Positions 12,151 through 22,744 are shown, numbered from the stretch's first letter. The stretch: DNA of 64,000 nucleotides from an uncultured delta proteobacterium (GCA_963790475.1 CAWBOS010000006.1:480001-544000), one strand, 5' to 3'. Notes: generated by a model not told the origin, from the letters alone. Numbers and translations are program-made.

Positions 12151-12416
12151 ATCATTTTATCCTCCTTTTTTTCAACTTGGGCATTAATTTGTGAATCAGA
12201 CTGACCTTGTATTACCACCGGTCAGAAGGTCTACCAATTTCTCCGGTTAAAAAGTAGTCCAGACCGACCGATTTAAAGACCTACCAAGATTCTTTTCTTT
12301 CTTCTTCCTAATATTTTCTTACCCTATTTTTTTTCTTAACTATCCCATTCACTTTTTTTATTTTCTTTTCAAACTGAGGATCAATAGCCGATTAATGATT
12401 TCCCTGGAGGGAAGTC

Positions 12417-12851
12417 ATGAACCAGAATCGATGTCGGCATTGCCATACTATTTTTCTTCCGAATCCCCGAATAAAAAAACAACGATATTGTAACCGTCCG
12501 GAGTGCCAACGGGCCAGGAAGGCTCTTTGGCAGAAACAAAAGATGTATCAAGACCTGGATTACCAGACCACCCATAGGGAGTCTCAAAAAACCTGGATGG
12601 AACAGCACCCCGGCTATTGGAAAACCTATCGAGCGGAACATCCCGCCTATATCCAAAAAAACCGCCAGAACCAGCAAAACCGGGATCGGAAAAGGCGGTT
12701 GGCCCGTCTTGCAAAGATGGACGCGTTAGCTCAAAAAGTATTCCTTATTCCAGATACTTCCACAGATTTAGCCCTTCTTGCAAAGAAGGACTCGATAGAC
12801 CCGGCCTCTGGTTTTTCTTATCATGGTCCCCAAACAGGAGGCCCTTTATGA
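12417..12851 (+). CDS. IS21-borne hypothetical protein, putative Zn finger plus basic helix
   Basis: CRHC..YCNRPEC..RKALWQKQK; GGAGG RBS; stop overlaps the next ATG (ATGA). Confidence 0.75.
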   Translation: MNQNRCRHCHTIFLPNPRIKKQRYCNRPECQRARKALWQKQKMYQDLDYQTTHRESQKTWMEQHPGYWKTYRAEHPAYIQKNRQNQQNRDRKRRLARLAKMDALAQKVFLIPDTSTDLALLAKKDSIDPASGFSYHGPQTGGPL

Positions 12852-13174
12852 TGGAAAAGCAACCTCTCAACCCGGCACGCATTCGGAAGATCAACGGCAG
12901 TTTCGCCTTTATCGAACACCGCTTCCGCTACTTTATCAAGACCCTGACTCATCAGGAGCTTTTGTTGTATCTCTTTCTGGTCCTGGCCGCTGATAAGCAG
13001 GGGCTTTCCTATTACAGCACCGATACCATCTGTGCCTGCCTGAAGATCAGTCTGAGACCATATCTGAAGGCCCGGCAGGCCTTGATCCGCAAGGACCTGA
13101 TTGCTTTCGATGGCCGGTTCTTCCAGGTCCTTTCCTTACCTTTTTTTACTCCCCTGGGAGGTCCTTATGATTGA
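12848..13174 (+). CDS. IS21-borne winged-HTH-like protein
   Basis: RIRKINGSFAFIEHRF..ELLLYLFLVLAADKQGLSYYS..ARQALIRKDLIAF; overlaps the istA start. Confidence 0.75.
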   Translation: MMEKQPLNPARIRKINGSFAFIEHRFRYFIKTLTHQELLLYLFLVLAADKQGLSYYSTDTICACLKISLRPYLKARQALIRKDLIAFDGRFFQVLSLPFFTPLGGPYD

Positions 13175-14633
13175 CCGCCGTCTGGTTTTCGAGATCCACC
13201 GCCTGTCCCATGAAGGCTATAAAATCCGCCAGATCGCCCGGACCCTTAAGCTCAGCCGGGAGAGTGTCAAAAGATACTTGGATAATCCCCATCCGCCCAG
13301 ACCGGTGATTGTCCGAACCGGCAAGTTGGACTCCTTTAAACCGGAGATCCAAAGGCTATTAGAGCAGGACCCTTCGGTCAGCGGCGCGGTTCTGCTGCAA
13401 CGCTTAAAAGCCCAGGGCTATACCGGGGGCCGGTCCATCCTGGGGGAATTCCTGCAACAGGTCCGGCCCAAACAAAAGCGGGCCTATCTCCGGTTCGAAT
13501 CCCCTCCGGGGGAACAGTTCCAGATCGACTGGGGCCACTTCGGGGCTTTGGTCTATGGGAAGACTCCACGCAAGCTTTATTGTCTGGCGGTTATCGAAGC
13601 CCATAGTCGGATGCTTTATGCCGAGTTCACCCATTCCCAGAAACAAGAAGCTCTCCATCAGGGGTTACTCAATGCCTTCCGGTTTTTTCAAGGCACTCCC
13701 AAGGAGATCGTCACCGATAATATGCTCACCGCGGTCTTAGAGAGAGAAGGCTCTATCATCCGCTTTAATGAGGCCTTCCTGGAGTTCCTAAGACCCTTCC
13801 GGATTACTCCCAGGGCCTGTCATCCCTATCAACCTCAGGAAAAGGGCAAAATCGAAAAAGGGGGTATCCATTACCTCCGGCATAACTTCTGGCCCCTCCG
13901 ATCCTTTACCGATTTGCCCGATATCAATCGCCAGTGCCGGCACTGGCTGGACACTCAGGCCAATATCCGACTCCACAGCACGACCGGCGAAAGACCCCTG
14001 GATCGTTTCAACCCCCAGGCCCTTCAACCCTTGCCCGAGTTTACTCCCGACTGCCGGGAGACCCTCTCGCTTAAGGTCCACGCCGACTTTGCTATCCGTT
14101 TCGACAGCAACTTTTATTCCGTCCCTCCCTGGGCCATTGGTAAAACGGTGATCGTCAAGGCTGATCTAAAAACCGTCACCATTTACCTTCACGAGAAAAC
14201 CCTGGCTACCCATACCCGCTGCTGGGAAAAAAAACAACGCTTAGAACTTCCGGATCATCGGGAGGCCGCCTTTAAACGCCGGCCTCAGGAATGGCTGGCC
14301 ACCGAGGTCTCTGCCTTTATCTCCTTAGGCGAAGAGGCCAAGACCTTCCTGGAAGGTTTATCTCATACCGGCCAGCCGATTAAAAAGAACCTGGCCAGAC
14401 TCCTGGCTTTAAAAGACCGCTTTGGAACCCCTTTATTCGTCCAGGCCCTTAAGCGGGCCATGGATCACAAGGCCTATGGCGCCCATTATGTGGAAAACAT
14501 CCTCCACCAGGAAAAATCTCCCAAACAGGATCATCCCCCGGTCCAACTCCAACGTCAGGACCTGAACCATATCCGTCTGGAGGAGCCCCTCCTGGCCGAT
14601 TATGACGCCTATATCCTCAAGCGAAAGGATTAA
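13167..14633 (+). CDS. istA: IS21 transposase IstA (DDE)
   Basis: N-terminal HTH (IRQIARTLKLSRESVKRYL), FESPPGEQFQIDWG, TDNM, QEKGKIEK, NFYSVP. Confidence 0.95.
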   Translation: MIDRRLVFEIHRLSHEGYKIRQIARTLKLSRESVKRYLDNPHPPRPVIVRTGKLDSFKPEIQRLLEQDPSVSGAVLLQRLKAQGYTGGRSILGEFLQQVRPKQKRAYLRFESPPGEQFQIDWGHFGALVYGKTPRKLYCLAVIEAHSRMLYAEFTHSQKQEALHQGLLNAFRFFQGTPKEIVTDNMLTAVLEREGSIIRFNEAFLEFLRPFRITPRACHPYQPQEKGKIEKGGIHYLRHNFWPLRSFTDLPDINRQCRHWLDTQANIRLHSTTGERPLDRFNPQALQPLPEFTPDCRETLSLKVHADFAIRFDSNFYSVPPWAIGKTVIVKADLKTVTIYLHEKTLATHTRCWEKKQRLELPDHREAAFKRRPQEWLATEVSAFISLGEEAKTFLEGLSHTGQPIKKNLARLLALKDRFGTPLFVQALKRAMDHKAYGAHYVENILHQEKSPKQDHPPVQLQRQDLNHIRLEEPLLADYDAYILKRKD

Positions 14634-14635
14634 TC

Positions 14636-15376
14636 ATGTCTGATCTGGAAACACTCAAAAATAAACTGATCCAAATCCGTCTCAAAACCATGGCCCAACA
14701 ACTGGACGCCGTCCTCGATCAGGCCGCTCAAAAAAATCTCAACCTCCCCCACGTCTTGAACCGTCTGGCCGATTACGAACTGGAGGCCCGTCGTCAAACC
14801 GCTATCACTCTCCGGTACCGTCAATCTCAATTATCCGATAAACCCACTATCGACCAGTTTGACTTCCAGCATCATAAGTCCCGCCAGGATCAGAAAACCT
14901 TGATCCTGAACTTATTCTCTCTCGATTTTATCTCCAGGCATCAGGATGTCATCCTCATCGGCAATCCCGGGACCGGTAAAACCTTCCTGGCCAAGGCCCT
15001 GGTCTTTGCCGCCTGTAATGCCAATATCAAGTGCCTCTTTACCAATACTATGGATATGATCAATCATCTTATTGCCGCTGAAGCCGATCATTCTTTACTC
15101 AAAAAGCTTCACTATTATCAATCTCCGGACTTCTTAGTCTGTGACGAGCTCGGTTATCTCTCCCTCGGCCCCCAGGGTTCGCACCTTTTCTTCCAGGTCA
15201 TCAGTCAAAGGCATCAGGTTAAATCAACCCTGTTGACCACTAACCTGCCCTTTGCTGACTGGGGAAAGGTCTTCGATTCCACCCCCGTGGCCACGGCTAT
15301 CGCTGACCGTCTCGTTCATAACTCCGAGGTCCTTATCCTGGGAGGGCCTAGCTATCGAAGAAAAAATAAATCCTAA
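14636..15376 (+). CDS. istB: IS21 helper ATPase IstB
   Basis: GNPGTGKT Walker A, CDELGY Walker B, TTNLPF, AIADRLVH. Confidence 0.96.
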   Translation: MSDLETLKNKLIQIRLKTMAQQLDAVLDQAAQKNLNLPHVLNRLADYELEARRQTAITLRYRQSQLSDKPTIDQFDFQHHKSRQDQKTLILNLFSLDFISRHQDVILIGNPGTGKTFLAKALVFAACNANIKCLFTNTMDMINHLIAAEADHSLLKKLHYYQSPDFLVCDELGYLSLGPQGSHLFFQVISQRHQVKSTLLTTNLPFADWGKVFDSTPVATAIADRLVHNSEVLILGGPSYRRKNKS

Positions 15377-15849
15377 CTTGTAAAATAAATTATGGCGGAA
15401 ATAGGTAGGGCGGTATTCCTTTCTTGGTGTACCCCGCAGTGGCGTGGCTTGCTTTTAGGTTTGTCCCGAGTCGCTGAATACCGCCCTTTCCTGCCTTTGG
15501 CTGGTTTCTTCACCGGTCAGCTTGGTAGGTTTTTAAACCAGCGATAATACGTCAAGCCGATTTCTCTATTTCCTAAGTAATAGATTAATTTTGTTTAATT
15601 TTTAAACCAAATAGCGTTGTCTCCCTCATAACACTTCAAAGGGAAATAGGTGGTCATGAAAGAAAAAAGAAGCGCCGTGAGATAGAAAAAGGAAGACATA
15701 AAGGTCAACCTTGAGATGTTTATAACCTTAAGATATTTAGAGATATTTTATGGCGCATTGATAGCACCTACGAATGCTCCCTCGCAAAAAATTGAAGATT
15801 TCAGACTGAAAGAGTGAATAGCTATAAATTGAGCCGGCTGTTAGAAAGA

Positions 15850-16500
15850 TTAATCAGAAGAGAGCTTAATACATGTGCCGTGTCCAGGTGCAATCAGAGA
15901 AACAGGCAAAGTCAATAACGTATTTTGAAGCTTTTCCAATGCGGTGGGAGATGGAACTCTTTCAGGAGTAATGCTGGTGATCTGCTTTTTCCAATTGGAT
16001 GCCACTGGGCTATTTTCTACTTTTCCAAATTGGATAAATAGGTCACTGCTAAAAAGCACCGATCGTTTTCTCTCAAACAGCAACAATCCTTCCCAGAGAT
16101 GCATTTCAGAGGGATAGGCAATAAATTCGAATTGACAGTCTTGAGTTTGAAGGATTTGACCAGGAGCTTGGATGAGAGTATCATTAGTTATCCCAAAACC
16201 GCTAAGTTGCCTGGCAGTAATCGAGGAACAAATAGGTTTAATGTCAGGATAATTCTGCAACAACAAACTTAGTCCACCGCATTCATCACTTTCAAAATGT
16301 GAGATAAATATATACGCCAATTTCCTGCCGCGAAGAACTCGGTTCAATTGCGGCAATAAAGCCTTGGTATCCATATGGGTACCTGTATGTACCAGCAGAG
16401 GCGCTGATCCCAATAACAGGAATTGATTGAAAGACAAGTTGACCGGCTCAAGATAACTATTGAATTGCAGTAGATCATTTTGAATTTTTAAAGTTTTCAT
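15850..16500 (-). CDS. metallo-beta-lactamase-fold protein (FprA/ODP-like)
   Basis: SHFESDECG, MHLWEG, LFSSDLF, APGHG. Confidence 0.88.
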   Translation of the reverse strand: MKTLKIQNDLLQFNSYLEPVNLSFNQFLLLGSAPLLVHTGTHMDTKALLPQLNRVLRGRKLAYIFISHFESDECGGLSLLLQNYPDIKPICSSITARQLSGFGITNDTLIQAPGQILQTQDCQFEFIAYPSEMHLWEGLLLFERKRSVLFSSDLFIQFGKVENSPVASNWKKQITSITPERVPSPTALEKLQNTLLTLPVSLIAPGHGTCIKLSSD

Positions 16501-16836
16501 TCTATTTAATCCTTCCGGAAAAGGTTTGAATCAGAAAATTATTGATTATTACCAATTACAAATTGATTAGTTAATAATATAGTATAACGAGCCAAAAATT
16601 AAATCAACATTTCAGGAAAAAGTACTCTAAATTACTTTTGAAAAATTGTCTTCTTTCCCCAATTAACCTCTTACGCCTACAAGTTCCACTGCTGAGGTCG
16701 TTCGGAAAATTACTGGTTGAACTGCGCATTAAGAAGCACAGCCATTTCTGACCCTGCCTCTGAGTTGACTCTGAGCTTACCACATTGTCCAATTTTTGGG
16801 GACCACACATTAACTTCGCCACGGTCGTGGAATAAG

Positions 16837-17292
16837 CTATCTCATGCTGTTCTTTAATCTCTCTCTTTCCATTAGGAAACCTTCGAAGATGGCCTGCATC
16901 TGTTCTCTGCTCAGGAGTTTGGCCGCAGCTTTAAATATCTTATCTTCTTCCTCTACAATGTGGTGTTCCACAACTTCTTTGCAGACCCGAAGTTTTGCCC
17001 GCCATTGATCCAGCTGCTTTGGCATCAGGTCCAGTTCACCCAGAATCAGACTAATAACGTGATGCTCTTCAACGGATTCCAAAACGTCCTCATAGGACTC
17101 CTTGTTCTCTTTAAGAGGTGGATAGAACACCCCTTCTTCGGCTTTCGTGTGAGGCTCAATTCCCAGCTTGAACTCTCCAAACAATTCTTCCCGTCTCTTT
17201 GATTCAGTGCTGGATAGTTGTTTGAGTTTTGAGAGGATGTTCTTGAACAACTCATGATCCTTGTGAAGAACTTCAAAGAATTCTTTATGCAT
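16837..17292 (-). CDS. hemerythrin (HHE) domain protein
   Basis: DH..HTKAEE..FYP..EEH..HHIVEEE. Confidence 0.92.
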   Translation of the reverse strand: MHKEFFEVLHKDHELFKNILSKLKQLSSTESKRREELFGEFKLGIEPHTKAEEGVFYPPLKENKESYEDVLESVEEHHVISLILGELDLMPKQLDQWRAKLRVCKEVVEHHIVEEEDKIFKAAAKLLSREQMQAIFEGFLMERERLKNSMR

Positions 17293-17410
17293 TCCACACC
17301 TCCCGCTATTTTACGAAAGAGGGATCGGTCAATAACCCAAACGGACTTTATAACCAATACTTTTTTTGAATGACGTTTTGAATCCCTTGCCTTTCAAAGA
17401 AATCCCAGGG

Positions 17411-17707
17411 TTATTCTCCCACAACAACCTCATAAAATTGAGGGATCGGATGGCCGTCAAGTAGCAATGCGACTCGCCTGCCGGCTTCTTCATGAGCAGG
17501 GCTATTATGCATGGCCATGAAGGTTTCACGGGTCTGGTGTTCCACTACGGCAACATAGTTTCCTTCATCCTGCGCAGACTTTAGAAGCAATCGTTTGATA
17601 AAGCCTTTATGATTTATAAACTCCTTATTGGACCACTCAAACCATTCCCGAAACTCTGTATCCTTGCCTTTTTTAACCGCCGGGAAATTAATAAGAACTA
17701 CAAACAT
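17411..17707 (-). CDS. antibiotic biosynthesis monooxygenase-family protein
   Basis: KGFIKRLLL, YVAVVEH, FMAMHNSPAH, PQFYEV. Confidence 0.8.
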   Translation of the reverse strand: MFVVLINFPAVKKGKDTEFREWFEWSNKEFINHKGFIKRLLLKSAQDEGNYVAVVEHQTRETFMAMHNSPAHEEAGRRVALLLDGHPIPQFYEVVVGE

Positions 17708-18012
17708 GACCCGTACCTCCTTTTTTCAATTGTTTTTCATAAACTACTTTCCGATTTCATTGGGAGCCGCCTCTTACAGCTATAATCGATATCTACCTGA
17801 TCCTTGGTAATACTCCGAGGCCAAAGTCAGTCGACCAGGATTAGAAAACGTCATTCTTCGAAGAGGTTAGGTAGAAATGTTTCAATCGAATTTGGGGAGT
17901 TTCTTTTTTGATTTTTGGTGCCATCGTATTATTCCTCTGGACCATAAAGAAGATTGGAAAATACTGCATTTCTGCAATAGCAGACGATCTGGACAATTCT
18001 TCCCCCCTTGAT

Positions 18013-18201
18013 TTATTTTTCCCAGTGGATACAGGAGGCCGCACAGCTATCTATGGCCTCATCAATACACTCTTTCGGTCCTCCTTCCGGTAGGATCACC
18101 TCAGCCTTTTCCTTGCCTTCATTCATCTGAAACACTTCCGGGCAAAGTTGTACGCAAGTCTCGCAACCGAGACATTCTTCTTCATCTATGATTACTTTCA
18201 T
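18013..18201 (-). CDS. single-cluster ferredoxin
   Basis: CLGCETCVQLCPEVF..CAASCI. Confidence 0.93.
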   Translation of the reverse strand: MKVIIDEEECLGCETCVQLCPEVFQMNEGKEKAEVILPEGGPKECIDEAIDSCAASCIHWEK

Positions 18202-18235
18202 TCGGTACTCCTTTTTATCATCTATGACTAAATCT

Positions 18236-18427
18236 TTAGATTTCTCTGAGTTTCCAGATGGCCTTATTATGCGGTTCTGAAAGAATCAAATCGAATTTCT
18301 GAGTTTTCAGGAGTTGAATCGCCTGTTTGAGTGGAGCAAAGGAACGGATCATACTTCCTGGATGTTTGATAAAATAGGTCACCTTAAAATCAGGGTCGAT
18401 GTGCAGGATTTTAATTGGAGTATTCAT
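18236..18427 (-). CDS. truncated receiver-like microprotein (copy 1)
   Basis: IKILHIDPDF..LKQAIQLLK..FDLILSEP; near-identical to the N-terminus of 25233-25847. Confidence 0.65.
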   Translation of the reverse strand: MNTPIKILHIDPDFKVTYFIKHPGSMIRSFAPLKQAIQLLKTQKFDLILSEPHNKAIWKLREI

Positions 18428-18602
18428 TGTTGACCTCATTCTTTATGATATTGGAAATGCCAAGACAATAAAGGATACCGAATGCTAATAGACAAAAACA
18501 CCTTAGATTCAATATCGCCAAACTAAGTTAATAAGGGAATATAGGCAGGAGGGTATTTTGAGGAAAAAAATATTGTAGTTGAAACGGTAAGCTGTCATTG
18601 GG

Positions 18603-18857
18603 TTAGTCAGATTCGGTCGAGGGAGTTTCTTTGATTAGCGCCTTTACCCGGGTTAAGCCAATTTTTTTACAGGCCCGCCAGCGTTTTTCGCCTTCAATGA
18701 TTTGAAACCAGTAGCCGACCAGTTCCACTACCAAGGGTTCCTGAAGCCCACGAGATTTGATATCTTGACACAAACGAAGAATAACCTCTTCTTCGAATAT
18801 CAGCCGACGATTGGGCTGAATCCTGATAATATCTATCTCTCTTATTTCTTGTAACAT
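18603..18857 (-). CDS. stand-alone ParB/Srx N-terminal domain protein
   Basis: L..DIKSRGLQEPLVV..QIIEGEKRWRACKKIG. Confidence 0.8.
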   Translation of the reverse strand: MLQEIREIDIIRIQPNRRLIFEEEVILRLCQDIKSRGLQEPLVVELVGYWFQIIEGEKRWRACKKIGLTRVKALIKETPSTESD

Positions 18858-18881
18858 GGAATCCTCCCATTCAACTGGCTT

Positions 18882-19163
18882 TTATCCAAACTTGTGGCTA
18901 ACTCCGTAGCCGCCTTTGGGAAAGCGCCATTCAATGTTCAGATGAGGGCAGCCGATCCGGCAGGAGCCACATTCCAGACACCCCTCATAGTTTACACTGA
19001 TCCGGTCTCCCTCCAGCCGATAAACGTTTGCCGGGCAGAGATAGAGGCAGGCCTGATCCCGGCACTGTGTCAGGCATTTCTCTCCATCAATTATCCGCAG
19101 ATGGCTTTCGTTATCTACTTTGAACCGGTCCAGGAATAGCTTGTCTTCTATTCTCATCGTCAC
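18882..19163 (-). CDS. fixX: FixX-type ferredoxin
   Basis: CPANVY, YEGCLECGSCRIGC, EWRFPKGGYGV. Confidence 0.92.
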   Translation of the reverse strand: MTMRIEDKLFLDRFKVDNESHLRIIDGEKCLTQCRDQACLYLCPANVYRLEGDRISVNYEGCLECGSCRIGCPHLNIEWRFPKGGYGVSHKFG

Positions 19164-20464
19164 TTTACCGACCTCCAGCCCTGCCAGGCAAGTTTGAAAA
19201 GTTTGAGGAGGGACGTTTCCTTGTGTAGTTCCTCACGAATCAGTTTCTGCTTCTCCTTTTTGCTAACCCCGTTGACCGTCAGCATCTCTCGGGCCGCAAA
19301 GGAGGCAAGGCGGGGGAGCTGGTTGAAGATCTCTTTACGGTGGTATAGAAACTTGCCGAACCTTCGATATTTTTTCATGTCTTTAAGAACATAAGAATCT
19401 GCCAGCCGGCCATTATATCCGGCCAGAACTTCCTGGGAATAGTTATCTTGATGGATAGCATCAATAATCGTCTCGGCCGCCATCCTTCCCGAAGCCATTG
19501 CCAGATTGTTGCCTTCCCGGTGTAGAGAGTTAAATAGCATGGCCGAATCTCCGGCTATGAGATAGCCATCGCCATAAAGTTTGGGAATCGTGTCCAACCC
19601 ACCCAGGGCCAACCAGTGAGAAATATACTCCCGCGGCTTACCACCGGATATGAGGGGAGCCACCATAGAATGCTGCTTGAAAGTTTCCATTAACTCATAG
19701 GGTTTGAGCTTGTAAGCAGCAAAATCAGCCAGGTTGCCTCCTATGCACAAGGAGAGCGAATTGGTGTTGGTATAGATAACAGCCACTCCATCCATTCCTC
19801 CGGTGATTTCTCCCAATATCTCAATGGTGACGCCATTCCCATTAGTGACACCGAAGCGCTGCTCGATTACTTCACTGGGTAGTTCAATGAGTTCCTTGAC
19901 CGACAGGGCGACGTTCTCCGGTTTAGGCTCAGGTCGAAATAGGGTCCGGGCTGCCAGGGGAGAATTGACACCATCAGCCAAAAGAGTAACCTTGGCCTGA
20001 ACTTCTCCATCTTCCCTTCCGGTCTGGACTCCTATGACCTGACCCCTTTCGTCGCGCACAAGATCTTTGACCACCGTCGAAGGAACCACCAGAGCACCCT
20101 TTTTGCCAGCCTGTTGGGCAAACCAGCGGTCGAATTTTGCTCTGAGCACGGTAAAGGCATTGTGCTTGCGCTGGTCAGCAAAAACACTGTCCCGGTAGCC
20201 GAGACTGTAACCGCCATCTTTGGACAAATACCAGATTCGGGATTCTACAATGTTCCTTTCGACTGGACATTGGCGTTCAGCATAGTCAGGTAGAATCTGG
20301 GCCAGGTCGTGGCCGTAGAGGACACCACCGGACATGTTCTTGGCCCCGGGGTATTCGCCTCTTTCAAACACAATAGTTTTTATACCGGCATCTGCCAGGA
20401 TACAGGCGGCAGAGATACCGGCGGGGCCGGCCCCCACTATGGCCACGTCAAAGGCCTCTTTCAT
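19160..20464 (-). CDS. fixC: FixC-type ETF:quinone oxidoreductase
   Basis: GAGPAG, GAKNMSGG, LADGVNS, AGDSA; operon context. Confidence 0.92.
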   Translation of the reverse strand: MKEAFDVAIVGAGPAGISAACILADAGIKTIVFERGEYPGAKNMSGGVLYGHDLAQILPDYAERQCPVERNIVESRIWYLSKDGGYSLGYRDSVFADQRKHNAFTVLRAKFDRWFAQQAGKKGALVVPSTVVKDLVRDERGQVIGVQTGREDGEVQAKVTLLADGVNSPLAARTLFRPEPKPENVALSVKELIELPSEVIEQRFGVTNGNGVTIEILGEITGGMDGVAVIYTNTNSLSLCIGGNLADFAAYKLKPYELMETFKQHSMVAPLISGGKPREYISHWLALGGLDTIPKLYGDGYLIAGDSAMLFNSLHREGNNLAMASGRMAAETIIDAIHQDNYSQEVLAGYNGRLADSYVLKDMKKYRRFGKFLYHRKEIFNQLPRLASFAAREMLTVNGVSKKEKQKLIREELHKETSLLKLFKLAWQGWRSVK

Positions 20465-20467
20465 CGT

Positions 20468-21736
20468 TTATTCCCTTACCTTATGTAAGTTCTGGAGTCT
20501 GTCTTCGATGCCTTTGATAAGTTTCGGTACTATTTCCAGATAATCTCCGATGATGGCATAATCAGCCATCTGAACCATAGGGGCATTGTGGTCGATGTTG
20601 ATGGCAATTATCTTTTCTGAACCCTGCATTCCTGCCAGGTGCTGCACTGCTCCCGGTACCGCCACCCCGATGTAGACTCTGGGAGCCACCGTTTTACCTG
20701 TTTGCCCTACCTGGCGCATATAGGGAATCAGCCCTGCCTCTACAACCGGGCGGGAGCAGGCCATAGTACCCCCCCAAAGTTTAGCAAGCTGCTCCAGCAT
20801 CGGCATATGCCCGGCGTCGCAGGCACCCTTGCCCACTACTACCAGGACCGGAGACCGGGTGATGTCCACATCACCTGCTTCAATCGTTGTAGGAATAAAG
20901 TCCAGAATTCGTGGCAGCGCCTCTGTTTCCGGAGCCTCAAAATCAAAGGTGCGGATCTCCCCTTGACGCCCAAGGTCTTTTTTTAACATCTTCATCACCT
21001 TGGGCCTTACTGTGCTTATCTGGGGTCGCTGGTTCCGGCAAAAGATGGTAGCCATGACATTGCCGCCAAAAGTGGGGCGAGTCATAAGGAGCAGGCGCTC
21101 CTGAGGGTCGATATCGAGCCGAGTGCAGTCTGCCGTGAGTCCCGTTTCTAACTGGGTGGCCACCACGCCAGATAGGTCTCTTCCCAGCGGGGTTGCTCCC
21201 AGGAGCAGTATTTCGGGCTTGACCTGGTCACAGAGTTGAAACAAGGCCCTACCATACACCTTTGGCAGGTATTTTTGCAGGACAGGGTTGTCGATCGTGT
21301 AGACTATATCGCAGCCGTAGGCGATAGCCTCTTTAGCCACGGGCTCGATCCCCATTCCCAGCACGAATCCCAATACCTGAGTCTCCAGCTTCTCGGCCAG
21401 ATTTCTGGCAGCTCCTACCAACTCCCAGGCGACATCAGCCCCCCCGCCATCACGGGTTTCAATGAACACCGCCACGCCCTTGTAATCTTCAAGAGGACGG
21501 GGTTTTTGCCCGGCCACAGCCACCTTTTTCTTCGTGAGCTTTTCAAAGATGACCGCTGCTGCCGGGCAAACATCAAAACACCGGCCACAGCCAATGCAGG
21601 CCTCGGGGTCAATCTTGGCTACGCCATTTTTCAATTCTATGGCATTGACCGGACACTGGCCGATGCAGATCTGGCAGCCAATACATTTGTCAGGAATAAC
21701 CTCGGCAATTTCTTTACCCTGGCTATTCTTGGGCAC
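20468..21736 (-). CDS. fixB: ETF alpha subunit with N-terminal 2[4Fe-4S] domain
   Basis: Two CxxCxxCxxxCP motifs; GLTADCT, RPTFGG, QVGQTGKTV; GTG start. Confidence 0.92.
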   Translation of the reverse strand: MPKNSQGKEIAEVIPDKCIGCQICIGQCPVNAIELKNGVAKIDPEACIGCGRCFDVCPAAAVIFEKLTKKKVAVAGQKPRPLEDYKGVAVFIETRDGGGADVAWELVGAARNLAEKLETQVLGFVLGMGIEPVAKEAIAYGCDIVYTIDNPVLQKYLPKVYGRALFQLCDQVKPEILLLGATPLGRDLSGVVATQLETGLTADCTRLDIDPQERLLLMTRPTFGGNVMATIFCRNQRPQISTVRPKVMKMLKKDLGRQGEIRTFDFEAPETEALPRILDFIPTTIEAGDVDITRSPVLVVVGKGACDAGHMPMLEQLAKLWGGTMACSRPVVEAGLIPYMRQVGQTGKTVAPRVYIGVAVPGAVQHLAGMQGSEKIIAINIDHNAPMVQMADYAIIGDYLEIVPKLIKGIEDRLQNLHKVRE

Positions 21737-21737
21737 G

Positions 21738-22577
21738 TCACACCTTACCCTTGTTTAATAGTTCGTCCAGCAGCCACCCTTCCTTCTGGAAGAAGGTATC
21801 CAGAAAACCTTCGACGGCCCGCTCGCTGCCTTCTGCACTGTCGAAGACCAAACCTCCGCCCCGTAATGGGGGCACAAAGATTTCTTTTACCCAGGTGGGG
21901 GAACCTTTCAGCCCCATCTTTTCTTTCGGGCCGCCTATTTCGGCTGCTCCCCAAACCTTGATATCCTGTCTCAAAGCTCGCACCAGTTCAGGAAGGGAAG
22001 CATACCGTGGCGTAGCTAAACTCAGTTCAACCGTCAGCAACGCTGGTAGTTTACCCTCGATCGTCTCCCTGCCTCCTTCAATTTCCCTCTTGACTGTGAT
22101 AAGGCCGCGTCCTGGGTCCAGTCCCACAATTTCAGAGACATAGGTAAACTGGTTGAATCCCAGCCGGGTGGCAATACCTGGGCCGGTTTGTCCGGTATCT
22201 CCATCAATGGCCTGCTTGCCGCAAATAACCAGATCGACCGGTTCAGCAGATGCTATTTTGGATATAGCCTGTGACAGAGCAAAGCTGGTGGCCAAGGTAT
22301 CGGCCCCGGCAAAGGCTCTATCGGAAAGCAGAATAGCGTCGTTCGCTCCCAAAGCCAGGCATTCACGCAGGGGGTCTTCAGCCTGCGGTGGTCCCATAGA
22401 GATAACAGTTACTTTTCCACCGTATTTCTCCGCCAGCCGTACCGAGACCTCAGCCGCTACCAGGTCATAGGGGTTACAAATTGATTCAACCCCGGAGCGA
22501 ACTAAGGTATTGGTTTCCGGGTCGATCTTGACTTGAGTGGTATCAGGCACCTGCTTGATGCAGCATACAATATGCAT
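21738..22577 (-). CDS. fixA: ETF beta subunit
   Basis: CIKQVPDT, NPYD, GADTLAT, GKQAIDGDTGQ, GLKGSPT. Confidence 0.95.
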   Translation of the reverse strand: MHIVCCIKQVPDTTQVKIDPETNTLVRSGVESICNPYDLVAAEVSVRLAEKYGGKVTVISMGPPQAEDPLRECLALGANDAILLSDRAFAGADTLATSFALSQAISKIASAEPVDLVICGKQAIDGDTGQTGPGIATRLGFNQFTYVSEIVGLDPGRGLITVKREIEGGRETIEGKLPALLTVELSLATPRYASLPELVRALRQDIKVWGAAEIGGPKEKMGLKGSPTWVKEIFVPPLRGGGLVFDSAEGSERAVEGFLDTFFQKEGWLLDELLNKGKV

Positions 22578-22744
22578 TTCCTTGTTTTCACCCTAACAAC
22601 CGTTAGATTTTTGATAAAAATTTCCTGAGTCCTGGTGCTTTATTGAGTAACAACACAAGGACTCAAAAGAAGAAATAAGGTATCCGTTTGGATCTATAAA
22701 CCCCAGGTATCCGGAATTGGTCCTGTGTCTCACTAAATCCTGGA

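Larger units (their letters stand above)
12208..15551 (+). mobile_element. IS21-family element with two extra upstream ORFs
   Basis: Imperfect terminal IRs TGTATTACCACCGGTCAGAAGGTCTACCAA and (rc) CGTATTATCGCTGGTTTAAAAACCTACCAA; three 19-bp repeats at 25-bp period (12218, 12243, 12268); istA-istB inside; no TSD seen. Confidence 0.88.
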
